Part shown: positions 1-13,098 of the stretch, one piece after another
Position numbering within the stretch: the first letter of the stretch is position 1
Layout of the letters: each line of letters starts with the position of its first letter
Origin: a virus
Taxonomy: Duplodnaviria; Caudoviricetes
Reading direction: 5' to 3' (one strand)
Virus record (IMG/VR): IMGVR_UViG_3300028833_000053
Length of the DNA: 64,000 nucleotides
Made by a program: the position numbers and the translations under genes
Notes under the pieces: generated by a model
Told to the model about the DNA's origin: nothing
Database searches by the model: none
The model's input: the letters and a program-made list of their open reading frames with translations, nothing else

Positions 1-2
1 TC

Positions 3-395
3 TCTAATGAATGGCGTTGCCGTGCCACAGGAAATCTGGTTGTATATGGTTGGTTGGACTCGACATCTTCGTTGAACAATAAGGCGTTGCAATCATCATT
101 CTGCGTTCTTGAAGCGAATATCAACGGCTCGGGTGAAAACCGCAACTGGGAGATAATCGGAGTGCAAACGGTAATCCCGGCAAAGAACTTGACATACGTT
201 GGGTTCAACGTTCCAGTGAAGAAGGGCTTGATTGTGAGAGTGAGAACTGGATTCACCGTTGGGGCGAAGTCCAGCCAATGGGCAAATGAAAACGACGGTT
301 ATGACACGTTGTCCAACAACACCGCGAATGGCTTCAAGTGCATGATTTATTCCAACACACTATACAATGACGCAGACACAAGTAGAGTAGAATAA
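3..395 (+). CDS. Hypothetical protein, 5'-truncated by the window edge
   Basis: Frame is open from base 3 to TAA, which overlaps the next ATG (TAATG). Confidence 0.6.
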   Translation, partial: SNEWRCRATGNLVVYGWLDSTSSLNNKALQSSFCVLEANINGSGENRNWEIIGVQTVIPAKNLTYVGFNVPVKKGLIVRVRTGFTVGAKSSQWANENDGYDTLSNNTANGFKCMIYSNTLYNDADTSRVE

Positions 396-808
396 TGACA
401 ATACTAGATAAAGTAAACGGCGCTCAGCCAAAGAACAAACCCGAACGCAAAAAAGCAATTGAGCAAAAACCCGAAACCAACAACGAATCGTCGGATTCGC
501 AAATGCTCACTGCGGTGGAAACCCAGTTCAAGAACATGATGTCTGAGTTCCAGGCAAACGCCGGGTTCAGCGTGAACACTGGCGAACAACCAGTGGACAC
601 CATGATTGAAGTTCTTTCTGGAAAGGACGTTGTGGTTTCAATCGCCGTTCTGCTTTCCTACATCCGCTATTGCGTCAACCACGGGATAAAGAAGGACATC
701 ACCCTGAAGATTGGCTACAACAAACCACCATCCGTGCCAATGAACTTCGCCATAAACGAGGAGCTTCTAGGCGAAATCTATCCCGGCGACGTTGTTGAAA
801 TAAATTAA
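395..808 (+). CDS. Hypothetical protein (137 aa)
   Basis: ATG coupled to upstream stop; ends in TAA convergent with next gene. Confidence 0.7.
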   Translation: MTILDKVNGAQPKNKPERKKAIEQKPETNNESSDSQMLTAVETQFKNMMSEFQANAGFSVNTGEQPVDTMIEVLSGKDVVVSIAVLLSYIRYCVNHGIKKDITLKIGYNKPPSVPMNFAINEELLGEIYPGDVVEIN

Positions 809-3800
809 TCCATCACCTTGGCGTTGGCTGTATCGTCTTTCGTCTTTATCTCCTTCAGGGCATATTCCTTCATTTCGTTCATTGCGTCTATCACCATGCT
901 TTCCTTGACCGTGGAAACGTAATTCACGAAACTGCCAAGCAAGTCCTTCAACGTGGCATCATCGTCACCCGAAAGCTTCAACGTGATTATCTCGTCCTTA
1001 AGTTGCTTGATTGTAGTTATGTTTCCATACCCATCAACCGTGATTGGAGATTCAACGTCCTGATTCACCCTTTCATAAGCGGCCTTTGTAAGTTCAACCT
1101 CGCTTCCCCACACACGGGCAACCACGTCCTGCCTTACTTCCCTCTATTCTTCCGCCTTTGCCTCGTATTCACGCTCAAGAATGAGCTTCTTGTCGGTGGT
1201 ATCTGAATCAGAGGAATCCCCATTGCCGGTTCCATCGTCCTTTATGAATTTCAAGCTCATCTGGTTTTGGAACATGTCATAGAGTGAATTTCCTGAGAGC
1301 ATACCATCTATCTTCGTGAAGTCCTTCATGTCATCGTCCGACAGATAGAACAGGTTTGTCCTGTTGATGTCAAACGCATCTTTTGACCTCACGCAATCAA
1401 CGTCAAGCTGGAGCATACGCAACTTGCGCACGATTCTGTAAACGGTGTCGAAGTCGTTGTAGGAGCAGTTCTTGAACCAATAAATCAGACGCTGCATCTC
1501 ATTCAAGATATAGTCAAGCACCGTGACGCGGAAAAACCAATCTTTGTGGTTCAATATGCCATACTGGTCGTATTTCTCCAATTCACGTATCTTCTCCTGG
1601 AAATAACGTGTCTTTTCCGCGGAAGTGAGATATTGGAGCTTGTCCTTCTCATAGGTGTTCATTATCTTCTCATTCCACACCTGTTTGAACATCCTCGGAG
1701 TTATTTGAGTCTTCTTCACGGACACGGCTTTGTCATGTTCATCAAATGCAATTTGAAGAAGGTCAACGTCAGTCCTTATCATTGCATCAGCCAACGCATC
1801 CCGCTTTGTCTTCAATGCGTTTATGTCACGCACAACGGAAACGCGCTCAATCAACAAGGGGTCGCGTTCACTTAATTCCAACTTCACTGAAAGTTCACGC
1901 TGAATCTTGTCCAACTGGGCTTCACGCAACCTCATTTCGGAATCCACTTTGCGCACTTCCTTCAACTTCTCCCTATATTGCTTCCTCAATACTTGGCGAT
2001 AGTCTGGTTTAATCGTGGTGTATATTTCATCCTAATCGTTTTCCTTGTACCAAAGATTCGTGCTGTTGGCATTGTAGAGCTTTGAAAGGAACTCGTTGGA
2101 TTCGCGTATGACCCTTTGAGCTGCCTTTATCGTAACCACGGCGCTGTCCGTGGTTATGGTTTGATCGCCCATTGAGGTCTTTATGCGCTCCAACTTCTTG
2201 TTGTAGGTGGATTCGTCAAACTTCTCTATTGATTCAACCAAGTCCACCGCGGCATTGGAGAACTCATCTTCTAGCGGTCTTGCCGATATTGCCCTTGTTG
2301 TCTTGCCCCCCTCCCCAGGTGTTGCACCGGGGGCACCGCCACCTGAATCACCTTCACCTCCAGACGCTTCCGGCTCTGTGTATTCTGGTCCCGTTATAAT
2401 GTCCTTAAGACCATCCTCCAACTAATCATACACACTGTCGTTGTTCTCCTGGCCGCCATGTGGCGCACCCGTGTAGTTGTCATAGCCCGTCATCTTGACG
2501 TAGTATTGGAACACGGCGGTGTTCATGTTGTTTGCAAGGCAGCTTTGGAACTTTATCGTCAGCTTGTAGGCATCAGGAACAACCTCTACTTCATCTATAT
2601 GTCCCTTTTCCGTTGGATTCTCTATTATGGCTGTTCTACCATCTGATGAGCCTATTTGGAAGTTCGCGCCCGTCACTTCACCCTTGAAGAACCCAGTAGG
2701 AACTTTTCTGTTCAAGCCAAGAGGAAACAACTGGAAATCACCGGTGCACATCAAATGACGCTGACCCGTTGGCAACCAAACCTCGTACAACGCGCCAGGA
2801 AATGCAAGGATTGCCTTTTGTATGGAACGGTTGTTGTGTATGATGGTATTCACGCACATGTAGTTGTTCCTGGCTTTAACTATGTTGTCGTTTATGAGGA
2901 TAAGGTCAAACTCAAATGAAACCTTGTCCGTGTTGTTGTTCTCCCAAGAAGGTGCCGGGAAGATGTTCGCGGCCTGTGCCTGTGAACCCATCATCATTGA
3001 CGCGACGCCGCCCGCAAAGCTGGCTATCTTCTGAATCATGTCCTTTATGAAGTTGCCGCCGCCGCCATTCCATTCACAATCGTTGCTTGCCTTGTTTATG
3101 ACTGTGGAGTTTGAGGCAATATATGGAAATATGTAGGTGTTTCCATACATTTTCTTCCTGAGACCGCAATAAAGAATATAAGGAAGGTCTATCGCAGCCT
3201 GCTTCAACGTTATGTTGTGGAACTTCTCCTTTATCTTGTCAAGAAGCTTGTTTCCCGTGCCTTTGCTGTCGTCAGAACCTTGGGAAGATGCCTCGTCGGA
3301 GTTGTCACCAGGCTTGTCCTCGTCGGGGTTTGGCGACCCCTCTTTCATTTCATCAACCATGCCCATTATCTTCTTCACGAAGTTCATCATGGAGCTGGCC
3401 GTGTTCTTGAAGAAGTATTCCTTCACCACAACATAGGGAATGTTGTTCAACATCATGTCCATGGACTCTATGGCTTCATAGGACGCTGGAGTTATGGCGA
3501 TTTGCGGATATGGTTCATCGTCGGTGTCAAGTGTGTCACACGGTCTGAATGAATACATTGTCCATGCGGAGTTCGTGCGTCCGTAGGGATTCAGCAACTA
3601 TTGGTCGCCGTCATGCATCATTCCAACAATCCCCTGGGGAATCTCGGGTTCAAAACTCTTCCATCCAATCTTCCTGTACCTGTCCGGTTTCGTTTGAAGT
3701 CCACGGTCGGTGGGTGAACCATCCGAACCCATTGGCGTTGTTGTTGAACTATCGTCAGATGGGTCTGGCTCGTCACCCCAATCGTCATTCCAGTCGGGGC

Positions 3801-5478
3801 TGTCATCCTCGTCACCATCGTCGTCGTCATCGTCTGGGTAGTCGTCATCGTCGTCGGGATAATCGTCGTCATCTTCGGGATCATCGTCCCAATCCTCATC
3901 GTCCCAATCATCCTCCATATCGTCAACGGCGTCGTCGATGTCATCGTAATCGTCTTCCAAATCGTCAATGAGATCGTCAAGATCGTCCATTGCATCGTCA
4001 AAATCGTCATCGGCCTCGTCGGCAGCCGAATCCAAGGCATCGTCTGCCATGTCCTCGGCGTCATCCGCTATATCGTCCGACAAATCATCCATGGCGTCTT
4101 CCAAATCATCGCCCAAATTGTCGTTGTCCTCGCCCTTTGGCACACCCAACTTGTCCTTGATGAAGTTCTTTATGCCATTAATCAACCCACCCGATTCGGA
4201 AGCAGGAGTTGCCGCATTTGTGGCTTTCTGCGCCGCTTCTTTTACCTTGTCCCAAATCTTGCTTCCGGTCTCCTTTGCCTTGTCCGTCAAGGACTTGGCA
4301 TAGTCCTTCATCTTGTCAAGAAAACCCTTACTCTCGCCACTTGCCGAATCGGAGGTCTTTCCAAGCACGTTGTTCACAATGTTCTTTCCTGCGTTTGCAA
4401 GTTTCTTGGCAACGTTTGCCGCGCCGCTCACAAGATTGGAGGCGGCGTTTGAAATCTTGTTGGAAACGCTGCTCGCCAAGTTCTTCGCAGAATCAGCCGC
4501 GCTGCTCACCTTGTTCTTCACTGACTCATACGCGCTCTTGAAAAAGCCACCGATACCCCTTCTGACCGGTGGAAACTCATAGTCGCCCAAGCCAAATTCA
4601 ATCAAGACGCTCTTTGCCATCATGTCCCCATCTTCCGCACCCATCAATTCCCGTGCTATGGAAACAACTTCGTTTACCATGGACTGATTCCGCGCACGGG
4701 CCTCGGCCAAAACACCTTCCTTCTCGGTTTTTGCAGATGCCAACAACTCCCTAGCCTTTTCCTGAGCATGTTCAACAATGACCTTGGCATCATCCGCTGT
4801 TGAAGAGGAAAACGTGGACACTGGTTCAAGAACCTCGCGTATTGCGCGCTTGGCTTCGTTCTTGTCATATGCGTAAATTGAATTGAATGTAGTGCTTGCC
4901 CTGTCCGTCAACTTGCTTGTGAGATTGGCCGTCTGGGTTATCATGGTATTCGCCACGTTCCTCGCTGACCTGACGTTCCTGACTGCAGCCTTGTTCGCAA
5001 CATCCTCTATGTTCTGGGCAGTGTGGTTTGCCGCATCGTTGGTTGCTTGGCACACCGCGGCGGCGGTCCTCAATATGTTTTCGACTATTGGACGGGCAGC
5101 CTCCAATATCTTTTCAGGATTCTTGCTTTCATCGTCATCCGCCTTTGTGTCATAGGACTTTGCATCGGCGTTGAATCTGCGCATCAACTATCCCAGTTTC
5201 TTGGGGTTGCCACTTTTTCTCTTTTCATTTCTTGTGGTGGCTTCAAGTTCACGTCCAAGTTTGCGCATATGATCGGCTGCCAAAGTTGCAGTTTGCACCA
5301 AGTTGTCCGCCCTTGTCTATATGCCGTCAAGAACGTCAACAACCTTGCCAAAGGTTTTGTTGGAATCATATAGGTCGGTCATACTGGCGGAACCCTCCAC
5401 CAGACTTTTCCTAACCTCGTCCAATTGCGCAATACGCTCTTGCGCCTCGGTCACTCTGTCATATGCGCTCTTTTTCAT
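805..5478 (-). CDS. ~1557-aa baseplate/tail-associated protein: amphipathic helical repeats, D/E tract, possible gp48-like domain, coiled C-terminus
   Basis: Five track ORFs share one frame and are separated only by TAG (5317, 5188, 3598, 2422, 2032, 1144); true stop TAA at 805; directly downstream of gp25. gp48 similarity is tentative. Confidence 0.7.
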
Positions 5479-5487
5479 GTTCAATCA

Positions 5488-5934
5488 TCACTTTCCTAAA
5501 ATCGTTGTCTCTTCCACGAATTCCGCATCTTCCGTCTTGTCACCCACAACTGTATAGGCAACTTTTATCTTCAAGGCGTTGTTCTCCATATCCTCTTCCC
5601 TTGTGGCGTTTACCACCCTGACGTTCGCCCTTGGCTCGTTTTCCTCAATGGCGCGTTTCACCTCTTCGCAAACCTTGTCCTGGTTGAACTTGTTCAACTG
5701 TCCATACATGGATTGATGAAGGTTATGCCCGAACTCGGGACGCAGAACACTCTCTCCAACGCGCCACATAAGAATGTTGCGGATGGACATCTTCACGGCT
5801 TCCACGTCATACGCAACTGGAACGTCCATCTGATTCGGGTTCCTGAACGTCAGCATGTCAATGTCGGAATAATGATGCCTGTTGTCAAGCTTCTTCACCG
5901 TCTTGTTGTCAAGTTTTACCACCAAACTTCCCAT
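5488..5934 (-). CDS. Baseplate wedge subunit, gp25/GPW family
   Basis: AVKMSIRNIL..VGE..LRPEFG and AIEENEPR motifs. Confidence 0.9.
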   Translation of the reverse strand: MGSLVVKLDNKTVKKLDNRHHYSDIDMLTFRNPNQMDVPVAYDVEAVKMSIRNILMWRVGESVLRPEFGHNLHQSMYGQLNKFNQDKVCEEVKRAIEENEPRANVRVVNATREEDMENNALKIKVAYTVVGDKTEDAEFVEETTILGK

Positions 5935-5950
5935 GTCAATTGCCTCCTAA

Positions 5951-8455
5951 TCATGCGTCCGTTGAGGACTTCGCGCTCTTCTTCGTCACCATCGTGACAT
6001 AGTTCTCGATTGGCGTTGGCTTGTTTCCATTGCTTGTGACAATCCTGCTTACAATCTAGCCAAACCTTCCAATCACCCCGGAACCCGTGATTGCCTTGCC
6101 GGCCTTCAACACCGTTTGGCAGAACTCACCGATGAACTCCATATTGTCGCAAATTTCATTTGAAGCCGTTGTCAACGCCTTTGACATTCTTCCAACCTGC
6201 TTCACAAGGTTGCCGGACGTCACAGCTTCCCTCATCGCGCCCTCTATGTCAACTTTCCTTGTTTCGCCGGTCAATGACATCCTGTTCATTGAATCGCCCA
6301 TCACGTTTCCGGCCTGTCCTATCCTCTATCCAACGGAAGCAAAGGAAGTCGAAAGGCTTTGACTTATGACACCACCAACAAGAGTTGTCATGTCGGAAGC
6401 ATCCTATGACGTTTCATTAAGCAAATTGGAAGTTCCCTTCTCGGCCTGCAATGCCCCCGTGGAAGGTGCATTGTAGACAACTCCAAACGCAGTCAAGTTC
6501 ATGTTCTATGCACCCTTCAACGCCTTGCCAAGCGCATTGAACGTTCCCGTCTTGTTGTACTGCACTTCCGTGTTTGAATTGAATATGGCATCAACCATCT
6601 GCTTCACGTCACCACCGCCGACGGCACCGGAAGAACCCAGGCTGTGGGCTTTCCCGTCAATGCCCACCGAATGACCCTTGATGTCGTAAATTTCGTTCAA
6701 CACCGTAGCCAAGAGTTCGGACGCGGGTCCGCCAGTAACATGCTTCACAGATGCCACTATCTGCAATTCCCCCGTCTTGGATGGTTCCGTTTCCTTGCTT
6801 GGATATTGAATTTCGGCACCAACGCCAACGGCGGCCCCGGCAAGGCTTGGATTCAACCCCATTCCAACGTTCGTTCCATCCGCCATCCATCCCATGTTGT
6901 CAGATGATTCAGTGGCAACGTCATTTCCAACGTCCATCATATCGGACAGAACTTCATCAAAGAAAGCACTTTCGCGCTCGTCTCTGTTCACGTCCGTTCT
7001 CTTTGCCGGCCCCAATACGCCCCTTGACCTGAATCCCCAAGGCAAATTGTCCTCCTTGTGGGAATTGTCGGATGAATAGCCGCTCAAATCACCATTTGGA
7101 TCGTCAGCGTCCGAATCATCGTCCGAAGTGTCCTGGTCAGAATCTGAATAGTCATCCATGTCCTCGTCATGTGAATCTTCGCCATCGTCCTTGTTGCTGT
7201 CGCCGCTGCTGAACAGAGACTTCACCCAATCCTTTATCTTGTCCAACAAACTTTTGGGTTCTTCTTCCTCTTCATCCTCTGGGTCTTCTTCATCCTCGTC
7301 CATGTCATACTCGTCGTCATCCATCTCCTCATCGCCATAGTCGTCCATGTACTCGTCCGGGTCATAGTCCTCATCGTCCTCGTCCATCCACTCCTCTTCA
7401 TCCTCACCAGGCATATCACCTTCATCTTCCTGGTCAATGTCATCATCGTTGTCGTCGATGTCGTCATTCACGTCGTCAAGTTCATCCTCGTAATCGTCAA
7501 GTTCATCCTCCATATCGTCAACGTCATCTGGATCTTCCTCATCTTCCTCCTCCGGTGAACTTGTGGGGGAATCGGAAAATATGAATTTTGTTCTGTTTCC
7601 AAGGTTGGTGGAACTTGAAGAAGAACCCGCCACGTCCCCGGTCAAGTCAACCAAGCACATATCCGCAACCAAGGTCAATTGGCGCAGAAGGTTGCTTCGA
7701 CCTGCAGAATTCACTTCAAACGCAGCGTAGCTTGTGGGCTTCACGCCAATGAACTTGTAGGCGTAGTATGTATAGTCGGAATCATTCCTTGAATCTTGCG
7801 CCTTGGCGTTTTCCCTATAACGCATCCTCGGACGCTGAACTTCCAACGTAGCCATTGGATATGGCGTTGCCCATTCGTCATACACCATCTCCGGCCTGTA
7901 CCACCAAGGGGAGTTTATGTCCTTCATCCAAGGATAGAACAAGGCATCCAAAATGCAGTACTCCGTATCAATCATCTGAAGGGTTATGCTCTTGGAACCG
8001 TCTGAAGCATAGGGGGAGAAAGCACCAGCCTAAGTCTCGCCAAACAAGGTTTGGATTTTCTCTGCGTTTGCTGGCGCGATTTCAGGCAAGCTGGCTTCCC
8101 TCACAAACGGGGTCAAGTCCACGCACTTGTCGGGCAAGTCCAAGTTGTACGTTCCACTCTATATGCCAGGTTGATTGTAAAGGGAACTGTTCACCGTCTT
8201 GAAGTTCACGGAAGACTTGTCAAGACGGGGCGTATAGCGCAACCAGTCGGTGTAGGGGCAATATATCAAGTTTCCAATGGAATTGTGAAACCAAAGGAAA
8301 ACGTAATACTCAGGGTCCGTGATTATGGTATGGGTAGGTACAGTAGGCTGGTGGAACTTGTCAAGGAAACGCTCCAACCCCTAATGGGCATCATTTCCCA
8401 TCGGGTCCTGAAACCCGTTGTCAGTCATGCTCTTGTTTAGAAATGCCTTTTCCAT
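5951..8455 (-). CDS. ~834-aa tail-tube-fold (gp54/gp19-like) protein with long acidic tract
   Basis: Single frame through TAG at 8381, 8159, 8030, 6506, 6404, 6326, 6056 to TGA 5951; FYPWMKDI and YKFIGVKPTSY resemble tube-fold motifs; GTAAATA upstream; start could be 8428. Confidence 0.6.
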
Positions 8456-8512
8456 CTTTATGCCTTGAAATTTTACTATGGTTATTTACCATTTTTCCGA
8501 GGCATTTGACTG

Positions 8513-9010
8513 TCAAAGTGACTTGGATTCCACAACAACGTATTTGGCATTGTATGTCTTGAGCAAGTCTCGGATGCGCCTTGACTCGTCCTGTGTCTTG
8601 GAGTAGATGTGGAACTGGCTGGAGTCGGAGTTGGAAATTGGAATTTCGGTGTATTGGATTTTCCACGGGTCAAGGTAGGATTTCGCCGCGTAGATTTGAG
8701 GACCCGTGAGAACAACGTCCACCATCCAGAGCCTGTCCCGGCGCACTTTCAATTCAATGTACTTGACAAAATAGGTTCCGACGAAATTGGCAACGGCGGT
8801 CACAGTGGCTTTCATCCACATTGGCAATGGGCATACGGTTATCACTATGATATAGACATAGAAACCAAATGCCACCGCGGACACCAGCGAAGACCAGAAC
8901 AACCCACCCTTCACCGTTACTATAACCCTCGCCGTCTGGAGGATGACGTTCACCACGGTCAACCCCACAAACATCGCCAACAATCCTATGTCAAGATTTG
9001 CCATATCCAT
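8513..9010 (-). CDS. Membrane protein, DUF2179/DUF5698-like
   Basis: Three hydrophobic segments, TARVIVTVKG motif, small soluble C-domain; own TTTACA..TATACT promoter. Confidence 0.6.
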   Translation of the reverse strand: MDMANLDIGLLAMFVGLTVVNVILQTARVIVTVKGGLFWSSLVSAVAFGFYVYIIVITVCPLPMWMKATVTAVANFVGTYFVKYIELKVRRDRLWMVDVVLTGPQIYAAKSYLDPWKIQYTEIPISNSDSSQFHIYSKTQDESRRIRDLLKTYNAKYVVVESKSL

Positions 9011-9049
9011 ACAATATAGTATACGGGAAACAGGGAAAAATGTAAAGCA

Positions 9050-9078
9050 AATGACCGCCCATCACTGGACGGCCATCT
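9050..9078 (-). terminator. Probable intrinsic terminator
   Basis: Imperfect hairpin atgaccgccca/tggacggccat just after the 9103 stop. Confidence 0.5.
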
Positions 9079-9102
9079 GTTCCTGGTTTCTGGATTCAGA
9101 AA

Positions 9103-12100
9103 TCAATCTTCTGAATCGTCACCCTTGCGCTTGATTTCAAGGTTCTGGCTCCAAGCCTCGCCATCCAATCCAAGCATGTCAAGTATTGACGGGAAGTCAA
9201 ATGCGAACGCATCGTTGATTCTCGTGAGGTTGTGGATTTCCATGTCCTCCAGACACTGCATCAGCAATTCCTCGTCAACCAGTTCAGATTCAAGAAGATC
9301 GCGGAGATTCTCCTTGCCCTGTCCCCACAGTATCTCGGACAGCTTCCATGGATCGTCTATTTCCTGCTCAATCGTCATTTCGCAGACGGGCTTCTTTTCC
9401 TCACCCGCAACCAGAGTCTTGGTGTCGCCACCCTGCGTCACTTGCTTCTCGCCATCCTTGACATCACCTGCCTTGACTTCATCGTTGTTCTCTGAAACCT
9501 CTTCGTACTTTGGCTCCAGAATCAACTCGGTGTAGAACTGACCATTCTCGTCCTCCCTTGGCTCGGACGCATCGGCAACCTTCCAGTTCTCCACATTTCC
9601 AAGCAGATAGTCGTTTGCCATCTTCATGACTTCATCGCGCTTGTCGGTGACGGTAAGAACGTCAACGTTCACAATGTCACTGCCTGACGCATAGGCATCG
9701 CACACAACCAGCTTCTTGGAACGGTCTTCCCATCCCTCTATGCTGTCAACCAACTCGTTCGCGTCAAGTTTCTCAGTCAAGTCCTTCCAGTCGGTTCCCT
9801 CGGCGGCCATGGCTTCCTCGTCCTCTCCCCCAACTTCCTCTGCCTCCTCTTCGGCCTCTTCCTTTGCAGCGGCCTGGAACGCCTTTTCGTCATACCCCGC
9901 CTTGTCAAGGATTTCCTGTCCCTCTTCGCTGAGGGTGATGTTGTCCCCAATCAAATGCACGTCTATTGCGTCGATTCGGATGAGTTCTTGCACGTCCTCT
10001 TCCTTGATCTTGCCACCGGAAGTCTGGATGAAGTTCTTCATTGAAGCACCATTCTTTCCAAGGGCTTTCAAGGAGGCGAGAACGAACAACTGTTGGTCGG
10101 TGATGTTCTTAAGGGCCCGGCGCTTGTGGAAGAACTCTTGAACGCCATGCCCAGACCATGCTCCAAAGAGAATTCCAAGCGGACCAAACGAAAGTCCACC
10201 CATCACGGCGCCGGCTGCAAGTCCAAGAACGTCTTTCCAAGCCTCTTCAACAAGCTGCTTGTCGTCGGTTCCCTCCAGTTCCACGGACGTTGGCTTGTCT
10301 GAATCCACGAACTCTCCCGTGTCCTCATACCTTTCAACGTCAAGTCCAAGCATATCCACCAAAGTTGCCATCTGACCTGAAAGCAGCGTGTTCAACTGCT
10401 GTTTTGAAATCATGTCACCCGACAATTCGTCGATTGCATCCATGATTTCCTCTTCGGTGCGCACATGGGAGTTGATGAGACTTGTAAGTTCCTTGTTTGC
10501 AATATCGTTGTCAAGAAGTTCAAGCACGTCCCAAACGTCATTTACGTCAACAGTCACCTTGGCTTCACCAACGGGTTGTCCAATGTCTTTCCAACCATCG
10601 TCGCCTTTCTTCAATTCGTTTTTCATTTTTGCATTTTCCTCGTTCAATTGATTCGTCGCAGGGGAGAACTTCACGTTGATTGCGCACATATCATCGTTGC
10701 CGGCAACCACGGTGTCATCCTTGTCCGCATATGAGAAACCGACAAACTTCCAACCTGCATTCTTCGCTATTGGAGCATATCTCTGTTCAACCTCGGCATA
10801 GGAAACCCTTGGCTTGTTCACGAGCACGTTCAATTCAACCGCCCTGCCATCGTCAATGTTGTATACGTCATAGTTCTCGAAGATGTCCCCTTTCAATGGC
10901 TTCATGGACATCAAATAATCATGAAATTGATTGTCATCAAGTGCGCCCCCATCCTCGTCAAACTGCTCTTCGTCGTCCTCGATTGGGTCTGAATCCCTGG
11001 GGCGTATTTCATGTCCGTACACCTCTACCTCCGAACCGTCCTTCTGTCCCAAGGTATACACGGCATCAAAGTCATTGGGATCTTCTGGCATTTCAAGAAT
11101 CTTCCAGACGCTCTCTTCGCCGCCATCGGGATCTGTCCAAATCACCCACATACCCTTCTCGAAGCCACCATCGTTATAGGAATTCTCGTCATCCCAATTG
11201 ATGCTCCCGTTGTCATCGTCGGATTCCCCAATGCGCATCCCCACGATGTCGTCCATGGAAACCCACTCTGAATCATCGCCCATATTTTTCTTTTCGTTTG
11301 TCATTTTAGAATTGTCCTCTTCTGTAAATTCAAATTCTCCTTGTTCGGTTTTCCACTTACCGGACTTGAAAAGTCTCTTCAACTTTGCAATGACCTCGCG
11401 TTGCTTGATTCCCCTTGAACCCAACATGCCAAACTTCTTGAGGAACTGCAGCACCTTGTCTGAATTATAATAGACCGCGCCCCAACCCGCGTTGTAGTCG
11501 GTGTTCTTTCCAGTCAAGGCATCCACAAGCTGCGTCTCGTAGTCGTTTCCATCCGGGTCGGGCCTGAATCCCATTGCCTTGACAAATTCCCTCACTTCGT
11601 TCTCGTCCATAGTTGATTCATTTACCTCCGCACCACAGTAGGGATTGACGAAATTTATCAGGTCTTGCACCTTGTTGGCAATCTCCCCAATCTTCCCAAT
11701 AGCGAACTTCATGTCGGCAAGCATCGCATCCTCATCGTCCTTCGTAGCCTGCTCATATTCCTCCGCCACAAGTTCCTCGTCAGTGGCAGCACCATCGCCG
11801 GCTTTCATGATTTCGGCCATCAGGTCATCCATCTTTTCGTTGAACTCGTCCATACGTTCCTGGGGAATCTTGCACTTGGACAATATCTCAAACACGGAAC
11901 GCCACCAATTGTACAACTTCTTCTTGACTTCCTCATCTTCATCGGACTTGCAAAGAACCTTGTTAAAGGTCTCCGTGGCGGGGACACCCATAGTCTGGGC
12001 AAGCGAGTTCAGAGACTCAACAAGTTTTGCCTAAAACTCTGGGGGACAATCCTCCAAGGCGTCGAACATCTGGGAGAACTCCAAGGAACTGTCCAATGTC

Positions 12101-12159
12101 TTGAGCTGGATTATGTTCTTGATTGAACCATCTATGGTTTCGGATACGATTTTCTTCAT
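9103..12159 (-). CDS. ~1018-aa acidic protein, probable virion internal protein
   Basis: ATG 12159, one TAG at 12031; GTAAATA at 12168-12174; multiple (L/V)NE sites; one Gly-rich hydrophobic segment. Confidence 0.6.
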
Positions 12160-12170
12160 GGTATCTCTAT

Positions 12171-12596
12171 TTACAATAAAACTTCCTAAACGCTCATCAT
12201 GGACGTGACGTATTCAATGAAATCGGGTCCCACGTTGCTGACCCTGCCGGGTTCAATGTCCTTGAACTTAAGCCATAGATTGAAATGCCCTGCCCAATAC
12301 CTTTCAATGCCGACCTTCGTGACGTATTTGGACAGACTGCAGTCAAACAGGGAAGCAATGACTTCACTTGACCTGTAGTGGCGGTGAGCGTCATCCCAAT
12401 CCTCGCCGGTTTTCACAATAACGGCATGACAAGGTTCCGGACGCAAGAGCAAGTTCCAAGTGTCCTTTATGCTCTCAATCGTTTGCTGCTCGGATTGATA
12501 TTCCAAGAAATAAAGGGAGGTTATGTTACCATTGGCTTCCGACACCCTACGGATTCCTGGGAACTTTGAAATGAATTCATTTTGCGCCATGGGCAT
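12171..12596 (-). CDS. Hypothetical protein, divergent member of tandem paralog array
   Basis: C-terminal SNVGPDF resembles TNITP motif; TAG at 12186 then TAA at 12171. Confidence 0.6.
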
Positions 12597-12600
12597 TCCC

Positions 12601-13098
12601 TCAACTGTTCAAGTATTTCTCAAACTCAATCCAAGGGTCGTCTGGAACAGTAAAGATTGGAACGCCCCAGTGGTTACGGTTTGCCACAATGTTAGCGTCA
12701 AGAGTCCTTTGCCCATCGGGATATGCAAGTTTGGAAAGTCCGCTCCTTGTCAAAACCACTTCAAGGAACTTCATCAACCTCGGAGTTATGTTGGTTTGAT
12801 GGTTGGGGGATTCCTCTATGACAAAGGTGTAGCCTATGATGGGACAGGGACTACCATTGAACGCCCTTATGTTGTCAATGGTGAAGTTATCATAACCTCC
12901 TACATAATGGCGGATATCCACAATGTTCTTCGTCATTGACCACTTGAACAAAGCCTCCATCATTTCGTCAAAACAACACTCTGAAAAACAATAACGCTCT
13001 TTTGTGTCGGATTCCACAACGGTAAGGATGAGGGAATCAGAGGTGTCGCCCAGGATGATGTCGCGCTTAATCCTGTCTATGATGTCCTGGTCAATCAT
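12601..13098 (-). CDS. Hypothetical protein, TNITP paralog
   Basis: ESPNHQTNITPR; ATGA coupling. Confidence 0.7.
   Translation of the reverse strand: MIDQDIIDRIKRDIILGDTSDSLILTVVESDTKERYCFSECCFDEMMEALFKWSMTKNIVDIRHYVGGYDNFTIDNIRAFNGSPCPIIGYTFVIEESPNHQTNITPRLMKFLEVVLTRSGLSKLAYPDGQRTLDANIVANRNHWGVPIFTVPDDPWIEFEKYLNS

Noticed and set aside
3618-4064. Thr/Met-rich and Ser/His-rich alternative-frame ORFs (also 27262-28065, 27640-28050)
   Set aside because: By-products of GAY/GAR codon runs in the acidic tracts
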